Assembly: GCA_028338895.1 (NCBI GenBank) | Contig: JAOLAV010000002.1 | Coordinates: 3,857-67,856, forward strand | Length of the DNA: 64,000 bases | Direction: 5' to 3' | DNA from: Fidelibacterota bacterium | Lineage (GTDB): Bacteria; Fidelibacterota; Marinisomatia; Marinisomatales; UBA1611 | Position numbers and translations under genes: made by a program | Shown: one piece after another, positions 40,961 through 48,842 of the stretch | How the letters are laid out: each line of letters opens with the position of its first letter | Numbering within the stretch: the first letter of the stretch is position 1 | Notes under the pieces: generated by a model | What the model saw: only the letters and a program-made list of their open reading frames with translations | Databases searched by the model: none | Told to the model about the DNA's origin: nothing

Positions 40961-41743
40961 CTAAATAGTTCCAGATCTAGATTCTCCACCATCACAATAA
41001 ATAATAGAACAATTTATAAAGTTCGCATCCGGTTTTAATAACATTGATATCGTTCCAGCTATATCTTCAGGAGTTGTAGTTCTTTTCATAGGGTTTCTTT
41101 TCTTTGTATTCTCAACCCATTTTCCCCAATCTTCTGTGATCTTAGTTAATGCTCTAGTTGGAGTGACACCTGCTTGAATAGCATTAGCGGTAATTCCAAA
41201 TTCTCCTAATTCCCATCCAATTTGACGAATGATTGCTTCCATTGCAACCTTAGCAACACTAACTGGTCCATAACCCTCCATTGCTAAGTAATTGCCTTCA
41301 CTTGTAAGACCCATAATACGAGAACCATTCGCTAATAATTTATTTTTATATAGGTTTTGAGTCCAATATAGTAGCGAGTTCCCCATAACATGTATAGTCA
41401 TATCCATTTGCCTTTGTGTAACTGGCTTTTCGCCAAAAAAATTTGTGGTTGTTCCAAATGCGATTGAATGCAATAGCAACTTTAAAGGATTACCATTGGT
41501 GATTTCTTTAATTTTGGGAACATACTTATGAATAGCTTCTTCTGATGCTGCATTTGTATTAAAATAGTGAGAACGACCACCAGTTAACTCATTAACTTCA
41601 TTAATTGTTTCTAGAGCAATCTTTTTAGCATCGCCTCGATCAAAATGAAAAGCTATTATTCCATAACCATCTTTAGCTAATTTTTTTGCTGTTGCAGCCC
41701 CATGTCCAGTTGAACCACCAAGTATTAATACCCAATCTGACAT
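40961..41743 (-). CDS. Divergent SDR, probably an enoyl-ACP reductase of the FabI/FabL type
   Basis: Rossmann GGSTGHG. Catalytic spacing is Y-x6-K (YGPVSVAK), as in FabI/FabL, rather than the classical Y-x3-K. Divergently adjacent to fabA. Confidence 0.55.
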   Translation of the reverse strand: MSDWVLILGGSTGHGAATAKKLAKDGYGIIAFHFDRGDAKKIALETINEVNELTGGRSHYFNTNAASEEAIHKYVPKIKEITNGNPLKLLLHSIAFGTTTNFFGEKPVTQRQMDMTIHVMGNSLLYWTQNLYKNKLLANGSRIMGLTSEGNYLAMEGYGPVSVAKVAMEAIIRQIGWELGEFGITANAIQAGVTPTRALTKITEDWGKWVENTKKRNPMKRTTTPEDIAGTISMLLKPDANFINCSIIYCDGGESRSGTI

Positions 41744-41864
41744 ATTTTCTCCAATTTTAATTGTTTTAATTTAATTATTTATTTTATTTGATAGTTGCCA
41801 AATGTCGGTTTAATAATTGAATTTTTTGTTGTACTCTTCGCGATATAAATTTAATTAAAAAATA

Positions 41865-42416
41865 ATGAAACAAAAAAACAGTTATACCAAAGAAGAATTA
41901 TTAAAAAGTGGTGAGGGTACCCTGATGGGTTCAGATACCGGAAAATTACCGCTCCCTCCCATGTTAATGATTGATAGAATTCTTGAAATAAATAAAACTG
42001 GTGGGAAATATAATAAGGGTCAAATTTTAGCAGAGCTCGATATAGATAATGAAAATTGGTTTTTTCATTGTCATTTTAAAGGTGACCCCGTGATGCCCGG
42101 TTGCTTAGGATTAGATGGAATGTGGCAACTTGTTGGTTTTTATCTTACTTGGATTGAGGGTAAAGGAAGAGGGAGGGCTTTAGGAGTCGGAGATTTAAAG
42201 TTTAAAGGTCAAGTTCGCCCTTATCATAAAAAAGTCGTTTATAAAATTGATATAAAAAAAGTACTAGACAGAGGAGGAAAGCTAATGATTTGGGCAGATG
42301 GAGAGCTTAGCACATCAGATGATCGTACAATTTATTTTGCAAAAAACCTACAAGTTGGACTCTTCGATAATTTAACCTACGATTTTGGTGGAGATCCATC
42401 TCAAGATACTTTTTAA
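41865..42416 (+). CDS. fabA: 3-hydroxydecanoyl-ACP dehydratase/isomerase
   Basis: Strong match to remembered E. coli FabA: FFHCHFKGDPVMPGCLGLDGMWQLVGFYL..GKGRALGVG..KF.GQV. Catalytic His and Asp contexts are present. Confidence 0.9.
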   Translation: MKQKNSYTKEELLKSGEGTLMGSDTGKLPLPPMLMIDRILEINKTGGKYNKGQILAELDIDNENWFFHCHFKGDPVMPGCLGLDGMWQLVGFYLTWIEGKGRGRALGVGDLKFKGQVRPYHKKVVYKIDIKKVLDRGGKLMIWADGELSTSDDRTIYFAKNLQVGLFDNLTYDFGGDPSQDTF

Positions 42417-42437
42417 TTGATAAAAGGACTTAATTAA

Positions 42438-43538
42438 ATGTCACTTCAATGTGGAATTGTTGGGCTACCGAATGTTGGTAAATCGACTCTGTTTAATGCT
42501 TTAACTGAATCTAGCGTTCCAGCTGAAAATTACCCTTTTTGCACTATAGAACCACATACTGGGGTTGTTGCACTACCAGATAATAGATTAATTAAATTAT
42601 CAACTATATATAAGCCAGATAAAACTATTAATGCTACTGTAGAGTTTACAGATATTGCCGGTTTAGTGAAGGGCGCGAGTAAGGGAGAAGGGTTAGGAAA
42701 TCAATTCTTAGGCCAGATACGTCAAACATCTGCCATACTACATGTGATTAGGTGTTTTGATGATGAAAATATTACACATGTTGAGGGAAGTATAAACCCC
42801 GTTAGAGATGCTGAAATAATAGAAACAGAATTGCTCCTTGCAGATATTGAAACCCTTGAAAAACGACTCCGTAAAACCGAGAAATCTGCACGGTCGGGTG
42901 ATAAAATTGCGATAAAAGAAGTAAACCTAATAGAGAGTCTTATTCAGCATTGTTCAAGCGGTAAACAAGCTAGAGCATACATGGTTGAAGATGATAATCA
43001 AGATTCTTTTAATTCATTTCATCTTTTAACCAACAAGCCCATTTTATATATAGCTAATGTTGATGAAGCTGAAATTGCCAATGATCAAAATAATAATTAC
43101 GTTAAAGACCTTCTAAGCTTTGCTGAGCAACAAGGAAATTCAGGCATCCGTATTTGCGCTTCGATTGAACAAGAAATTGCAATTCTTAGTGAAGAAGAAA
43201 AACCCATGTTTTTAGAAGAATATAATTTAGGTGAACCGGGACTTAATAAAGTAATTAGAAATAGCTTTAATCTTTTAGGTCTTCAAACTTACTTTACATG
43301 TGGAGAAAAAGAAGTTAGAGCCTGGACAATTCCGAAAGGGGCAACCGCTCCTATGGCTGCAGGTGCTATCCATTCAGATTTTGAAAGAGGTTTTATAAAA
43401 GCTGAAATATTTCATTACAATGAGATAATTACTAATAAATCAGAAAAAGTTTTGTCTGAACTAGGCCTAATTAGGCAAGAGGGTAAGGGCTATATTGTAA
43501 GGGACGGAGATTGTATCTTTTTTAAATTTAATGTTTGA
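42438..43538 (+). CDS. ychF: Ribosome-binding ATPase YchF
   Basis: G1 GLPNVGKSTLFNALT, PFCTIEP, DIAGLVKGAS and a C-terminal YchF/TGS-like domain. Length 366 aa. Confidence 0.95.
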   Translation: MSLQCGIVGLPNVGKSTLFNALTESSVPAENYPFCTIEPHTGVVALPDNRLIKLSTIYKPDKTINATVEFTDIAGLVKGASKGEGLGNQFLGQIRQTSAILHVIRCFDDENITHVEGSINPVRDAEIIETELLLADIETLEKRLRKTEKSARSGDKIAIKEVNLIESLIQHCSSGKQARAYMVEDDNQDSFNSFHLLTNKPILYIANVDEAEIANDQNNNYVKDLLSFAEQQGNSGIRICASIEQEIAILSEEEKPMFLEEYNLGEPGLNKVIRNSFNLLGLQTYFTCGEKEVRAWTIPKGATAPMAAGAIHSDFERGFIKAEIFHYNEIITNKSEKVLSELGLIRQEGKGYIVRDGDCIFFKFNV

Positions 43539-43595
43539 GCCACTTTAGAACGTAATAGTCTAGATGACTTAAAATAGAATACTTTATTGGGCGAC

Positions 43596-44264
43596 TTAAC
43601 CTTCTTCGTCATCTTCTTCCCATTCTTCATCATAATCTTCATAATCTTCATCTTCATCTTCATAATAGTCGGAAGGGTAAGCAAAATAAGGATTACTTGA
43701 CATCCCGTATGGGTCATGAGGGTTTAATTGATTAACGATTTCCTTCTTTTCATCATTCTCTTTTTCAACAGCAACGGCTTCCTGTTTTACAATTATAACT
43801 TTTGGTTCGTTATTTACAGTTTCGACACCGCTAGTATTTTGATTAATAGCATTCATTACAAGACTTCTATCTTCATCTGAAAGAACTGATGAGTGAGGGT
43901 TTGTAAAGGTTGTTTTTTGTTGACTCCTAAAATTCAAACCTGTTAAAACCGAAAAAAAGAGAATAATCAATGAAAAAATAGCTCCTTCTGGTTTAAGATC
44001 ATATCCTCCCCACATATTTTGAATAACTCCAAAACCAAGAAAAATCCCTAAAGAAAGCATTAGCCCAAATAGTATAATCATATTGCCCATTTCTTTGGGA
44101 ACATGAGACTCCATTACTAGCATATACAAGAACCAGATTAGGATTACCATTACAGCAATAATAATGCTTAATAAAAACTCCCCTAGGAGAAGAGCTGTAA
44201 AAAAACCGACAACACCAATCGCCGGAATTATGAAACCAACACCAGATTTTATATCGTTAGCCAT
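43596..44264 (-). CDS. Hypothetical 4-TM membrane protein with an extremely acidic, Tyr-rich C-terminal tail
   Basis: 222 aa with four hydrophobic helices. The tail is ...YPSDYYEDEDEDYEDYDEEWEEDDEEG. No family recognised. Confidence 0.5.
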   Translation of the reverse strand: MANDIKSGVGFIIPAIGVVGFFTALLLGEFLLSIIIAVMVILIWFLYMLVMESHVPKEMGNMIILFGLMLSLGIFLGFGVIQNMWGGYDLKPEGAIFSLIILFFSVLTGLNFRSQQKTTFTNPHSSVLSDEDRSLVMNAINQNTSGVETVNNEPKVIIVKQEAVAVEKENDEKKEIVNQLNPHDPYGMSSNPYFAYPSDYYEDEDEDYEDYDEEWEEDDEEG

Positions 44265-44404
44265 TTTGAAACTCCATTAACACCTCGAATTGAGTTAAAA
44301 ATTGCTGTTTGTATATGTTAAATGCAAGATTTTTCATTGTTAATAAATTCTCTGTTATCTACTCTATAATTTACAAGGCTAATTTTGTAAATTAGAGTAT
44401 TACT

Positions 44405-45394
44405 ATGAAAAAAAATCCTATAAAGCTCGGAGTAATTGGCGTTGGGCACCTTGGCCAACATCACGTTAAACATTATTGCAGTATTAAAGATATAACTCTT
44501 GTTGGTCTTTTTGATACAGATGAAAAACAAGCACTTAAAATCTCAAAACAGTATAACATTCCTATCTTTGATAATTTAAATAAATTAATATCATCTGTCG
44601 ATGCTGTTTCAATTGTTACACCTACAATTCATCATGCTGAGGTAGCAGAATATTGCCTTAAAATGAAAAAGCATGTTTTTATTGAGAAGCCAATTACATC
44701 AACAATTCGCGAAGCTGAGAACCTTATTGAAATAGCAAAAAATAAAAAAAAAATTATTCAAGTTGGGCATATAGAACGGCTTAACCCTGCGCTGCGAGCA
44801 TTAGAACCTTACCAAATAAAACCAGCTTTTATTGAATTCCAGAGACTTGCTCCTTACAGCGAAAGAGGAACGGATGTTCCTGTTGTGCTCGATAAAATGA
44901 TTCATGATATTGATATACTGTTATCCTTAGTCAATGCAAATGTTGATTCTATCGAAGCTTCTGGGTTATCTATCCTTACAGAATCAATTGATATTGCGCA
45001 TGCAAGAATTAAATTTTCAAATGGTTGTGTTGCGAGTATAATGTCTAGTCGAATTTCAAAAAATGAAGTTCGAAAAATTAAAACATTCCAACAAAACTTA
45101 TACACAACTATTGATCTTTATAAAGGGTTGACTGAAATTTATAAAATTGAAAACAATATAAACTCCAATCAAGATTATTTGTTAAAAGTTCCTTTTGACT
45201 ATAATGGTACTAAGAAACATATTATTTATGAAAAACCAGAAATAATTAAGGAAGATGCATTAAGGTTGGAATTAATAAATTTTATTTACTCTATTGAAGG
45301 TACTGAAAAACCAATCGTTTCTGGTGAAGCAGGTCGAGATGCGCTTGCCGTTGCAATTGAAATTCAAGAAAAAATCACAGAAGGTATTAAATAA
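44405..45394 (+). CDS. Gfo/Idh/MocA-family NAD(P)-dependent oxidoreductase (candidate UDP-sugar 3-dehydrogenase, GnnA-like)
   Basis: N-terminal Rossmann KLGVIGVGHLGQHH and the EKP motif (VFIEKPIT). First gene of the lpxB-lpxK operon. The specific function is inference only. Confidence 0.75.
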   Translation: MKKNPIKLGVIGVGHLGQHHVKHYCSIKDITLVGLFDTDEKQALKISKQYNIPIFDNLNKLISSVDAVSIVTPTIHHAEVAEYCLKMKKHVFIEKPITSTIREAENLIEIAKNKKKIIQVGHIERLNPALRALEPYQIKPAFIEFQRLAPYSERGTDVPVVLDKMIHDIDILLSLVNANVDSIEASGLSILTESIDIAHARIKFSNGCVASIMSSRISKNEVRKIKTFQQNLYTTIDLYKGLTEIYKIENNINSNQDYLLKVPFDYNGTKKHIIYEKPEIIKEDALRLELINFIYSIEGTEKPIVSGEAGRDALAVAIEIQEKITEGIK

Positions 45395-45981
45395 TGAATT
45401 TAAGAAAATTAATCTTTTCAAATAGAAGCTTCACACCAATACCATTAGTAGTTACTCTGATTTATTTTTCTTCTTTTGAAACTCCATTTGTATTTATAGG
45501 TATAATTATAGCTTTTTTGGGCGAGAGTATAAGAATTAGTTCCGTTCGATTTGCTGGGGGCGCCACACGAACCTTAAAAGTCGGAGCCCCTTCTTTGTGT
45601 ATGAGTGGGCCTTATCATTTTACCCGAAATCCTCTTTACTTAGGAAATATGACAATTTATCTTGGCTTTGTTTTATTCTCTGGAGGTGATATTATGTGGG
45701 AATTATTTTTAGCTACCTTTGTTTTCTTTACTTTCCAATATTCGATGATCATATCACTTGAGGAAAAAACACTAGATAAAAAGTTTGGAAATGCTTATTT
45801 AAAATATAAATCAAATGTTCCTCGTCTATTTCCAAGGTTCTCAATTTGGGAAAGTAATGATTTACGATCTCCAATCCCCTTAAAAAAAGTGTTTTCAACA
45901 GAAAAAAGATCACTACAAAATATTTGTCTTTTTACTGTAATTATAATCATAAAAAACTATTATCACTTATTTATAAAATGA
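45394..45981 (+). CDS. ICMT/Ste14-like membrane methyltransferase (candidate LmtA-like)
   Basis: Polytopic, with the SGPYHFTRNPLYLGNM motif typical of isoprenylcysteine carboxyl methyltransferase-family enzymes. TAATG junction with the upstream gene. lpxB starts 7 nt downstream. Confidence 0.7.
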   Translation: MNLRKLIFSNRSFTPIPLVVTLIYFSSFETPFVFIGIIIAFLGESIRISSVRFAGGATRTLKVGAPSLCMSGPYHFTRNPLYLGNMTIYLGFVLFSGGDIMWELFLATFVFFTFQYSMIISLEEKTLDKKFGNAYLKYKSNVPRLFPRFSIWESNDLRSPIPLKKVFSTEKRSLQNICLFTVIIIIKNYYHLFIK

Positions 45982-45987
45982 TTATTG

Positions 45988-47124
45988 ATGGAAATTAAAA
46001 AAAAGTTTTTTTTGCTGGCAGGAGAACCTTCCGGAGATTTGCACGGCAGTAAACTAATAAAGGCAATTAAAATACTAGAACCAAACTCTTCATTCATAGG
46101 TCATGGAGGAGACTTAATGAGAGCAGAAGGTATGACTATTTTAGAACACATTGACAACCTTTCTTTTATGGGTTTTACCGAAGTAATTAAACACCTTCCT
46201 CGAATTATAAAAATTCTGAAAAAAACGAAAAATGCAATTCAAAAATTAAAACCAGATAGAATTATTTTGATTGATTACCCGGGTTTTAATCTTCAGATAG
46301 CAAAGCAAGTTTCAAACTTATCAATACCTATCACTTTTTTTATATTACCTCAAGTTTGGGCATGGAAAAAAAATAGGATAAAAATTTTAAAAGAAAACAC
46401 AGATCAATTGATAGGAATTTTCCCTTTTGAAAAAAAATGGTTTCATATCAATGATGTGGATATTGAATTTTTAGGACATCCTTTCGCCGATGATAAACAC
46501 ATAGGAGAGACTTCAAAATCATTCTATGGTCGCCATAATTTAACCATTGAGCACCCTATCTTATTATTGCTGCCGGGAAGTCGAGAGCAAGAAATTTACA
46601 GACATTGGCCTATTTTTTTAGAAGTAGCCAATAGGATAAAGCTTAAATTTCCTAAAATGCAAATCATACTTGGAAAGCCGGATCATATTTTCATTGATAA
46701 GATACCCGATTATATTAAAATTGAAAAAAATGCAAAAAAAGCGATGTTAGTCTCTACCGCAGCCATTGTAGCCTCAGGAACAGCAACTCTCGAATGCGCA
46801 ATTGAAAATCTTCCAATGGTGACTTGCTATAAAATGTCTTTTATATCATGGGTTATAGCAAAGTCTGTAGTTAAGCTAAAATATTCATGTATGCCAAATA
46901 TAATGGCTAGTAAAGAAATTGTTCCAGAACTACTACAAGGGCAAATGAAATCAGATAATATTATAGAGCACATTACTCCCCTGTTAGATATAAACTCAAA
47001 AAAAAGAAAAAGGATGATCAAAAAATTAGAACCGATTAGAACAGGACTTGGATCTCCGGGTGTTTATAATCGAGTAGCTAAAACTATATTGAATAGAACA
47101 GCTTTAAATGAAAGAAAAAATTAA
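45988..47124 (+). CDS. lpxB: Lipid-A-disaccharide synthase
   Basis: N-terminal AGEPSGDLHG motif and GT-B layout. ATG at 45988; the ORF track begins at a TTG one codon earlier. Confidence 0.9.
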   Translation: MEIKKKFFLLAGEPSGDLHGSKLIKAIKILEPNSSFIGHGGDLMRAEGMTILEHIDNLSFMGFTEVIKHLPRIIKILKKTKNAIQKLKPDRIILIDYPGFNLQIAKQVSNLSIPITFFILPQVWAWKKNRIKILKENTDQLIGIFPFEKKWFHINDVDIEFLGHPFADDKHIGETSKSFYGRHNLTIEHPILLLLPGSREQEIYRHWPIFLEVANRIKLKFPKMQIILGKPDHIFIDKIPDYIKIEKNAKKAMLVSTAAIVASGTATLECAIENLPMVTCYKMSFISWVIAKSVVKLKYSCMPNIMASKEIVPELLQGQMKSDNIIEHITPLLDINSKKRKRMIKKLEPIRTGLGSPGVYNRVAKTILNRTALNERKN

Positions 47125-47755
47125 AATAATTTTAAAGAAACATATAGTTAGCTTTTTTTTAAAATTATTGTATTCTACAAATACTTACGATGTGAGAGGA
47201 AGAGAAAACTATATTAGAGCTAAAGAATCGGGAAAATCAATAATTATATCCTTGTGGCATTCTCAATTGCTCTCAGTTTTTTACGATTTAAAAGATATAA
47301 AAGTTTATGCACTTGCCGGAACACATAAAGATGCTGAAATAATTTCTCAAGTAGCTTTAAAATGGGGATGGAACATGATTCGAGGCTCTAGTAAAGAAGA
47401 TGGAGCAAAAGCGTACAAAGAAATATTGAAGATTTTAAAGAGCGGTCAAAAGATTTTATTTATTACACCTGATGGACCAACTGGCCCAGCTAAAGTTCCA
47501 AAGCTTGGAATTATCAGAGCAGCAAAAAAAACTGGAACCATAATTATACCAGCTAGTACACATTCAACTCGAAGATGGGGATTCACAAATTGGGACACAT
47601 TTTTTTTAGAAAAGCCATTTGGGAAAATTTATATCAAATATGGCAAGCCTTTACTTTTAGAAGACTCAATATCAGATACAGAGTCATCTAGAAAGCTCGT
47701 AGAAGCGATGGAACAAGTTGAACTAGAAAACTTGCATTATGCAAATAAAAAATAA
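47108..47755 (+). CDS. DUF374-domain protein (lysophospholipid acyltransferase-like, uncharacterised)
   Basis: LWHSQLL, IRGSSKEDGAKA, ITPDGPTGP and NWDTFFLEKPF blocks match my recollection of DUF374. Overlaps both lpxB and lpxK. Confidence 0.75.
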   Translation: MKEKIKIILKKHIVSFFLKLLYSTNTYDVRGRENYIRAKESGKSIIISLWHSQLLSVFYDLKDIKVYALAGTHKDAEIISQVALKWGWNMIRGSSKEDGAKAYKEILKILKSGQKILFITPDGPTGPAKVPKLGIIRAAKKTGTIIIPASTHSTRRWGFTNWDTFFLEKPFGKIYIKYGKPLLLEDSISDTESSRKLVEAMEQVELENLHYANKK

Positions 47756-48842
47756 ATTTAAGCATCTTAAAAAACTATTATATCCTTTGAGTGCTATATA
47801 TTATCTTTTTATCTTTTTTAGAAATTTACTTTTTGATTATAATATTGTTAAGCAAAACAAACTTTTATGCCCCGTTATTAGTATTGGGAATATTTCTACT
47901 GGTGGTTCAGGAAAAACACCTATGGTCATATACTTAGTTAATTTACTAAAAAAGAATAATCTAAAAGTTGGTATTTTAACTCGAGGATATGGACGTTTAG
48001 TTGAAACCCCAATTATAATTTGTAACGAAAATAAAAAAATTAAACAAAATTTAAATTTTCTAAAAATAGGAGATGAGCCTCTTTTATTTTTTGAAAAATT
48101 AAATGGTGTTCCAATTGGTATTGATAAGAATAGATTTAGGACTGGTAAAATTCTTCTAAAAAATTATAATCTAGATGTAATCGTACTGGATGACGGTTTT
48201 CAACATCGCTCTTTATATAGAGATTTTGAAGTTGTTTTAATTAATAGCCTCCATAAAAAAAGGAATCACAAGTTATTACCTGTTGGATTTTTAAGAGAAT
48301 CTTTTTCAAGTTTAAAAAGAACTGATTGTGTTATTGTTACAAAAAATAATTTATCACAACCTCAAAATAAATTAATTGAAAAAATTGAAAATTTTCAGCC
48401 AAATATTTATTATTCTAGATCCATAAATAATATTTCTAAAATATCTATTCCAAAAATTAATGCATTAGAACTTTTAAAAAATAAAAAAGCCTATTTATTA
48501 TCAGGAATAGGGGATCCTTTGAGTTTTCAATTAAGTATAAAAAGTCTTTCCAAAAATATAGTTGGTCATTGTAATCTTAAAGATCACTTTAACTATTCTC
48601 AAAAAGACTTAAATAAAATCGAAATTGAAGCTAAAAAGAAAAATGCAGATTTTATTTTAACAACGGAAAAAGATTGGGTTAAGCTAAAAAGCTTAAATTC
48701 AAAAATGCCGGTTTTACCAGCTAACCTAGAACTGTCTATTGATGATAAAGTAAATGGATTAAGTTTTAAAGAACTAATAAATGATAAAATTAAATTTGAG
48801 ACATACCATAGGCAAAAACGACACCCACAAAAGTTAACATAA
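47739..48842 (+). CDS. lpxK: Tetraacyldisaccharide 4'-kinase
   Basis: N-terminal membrane helix, P-loop GNISTGGSGKTP, DDGFQH motif. Confidence 0.9.
   Translation: MQIKNKFKHLKKLLYPLSAIYYLFIFFRNLLFDYNIVKQNKLLCPVISIGNISTGGSGKTPMVIYLVNLLKKNNLKVGILTRGYGRLVETPIIICNENKKIKQNLNFLKIGDEPLLFFEKLNGVPIGIDKNRFRTGKILLKNYNLDVIVLDDGFQHRSLYRDFEVVLINSLHKKRNHKLLPVGFLRESFSSLKRTDCVIVTKNNLSQPQNKLIEKIENFQPNIYYSRSINNISKISIPKINALELLKNKKAYLLSGIGDPLSFQLSIKSLSKNIVGHCNLKDHFNYSQKDLNKIEIEAKKKNADFILTTEKDWVKLKSLNSKMPVLPANLELSIDDKVNGLSFKELINDKIKFETYHRQKRHPQKLT

Noticed and set aside
43490-43717. A 75-aa ORF with a striking MKMKMKIMKIMMKNGKKM repeat.
   Set aside because: It is an out-of-frame reading of the GAA/GAT/GAG-rich codons that encode the acidic tail of the 222-aa membrane protein, and it runs into the ychF 3' end. 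The repeat is a frame artefact.
44318-44530. A 70-aa minus-strand ORF spanning the divergent promoter region and the 5' end of the Gfo/Idh/MocA gene.
   Set aside because: It overlaps the well-supported Rossmann-fold N-terminus of the plus-strand gene. Its translation is low-complexity and AT-driven with no SD, so it is likely spurious.
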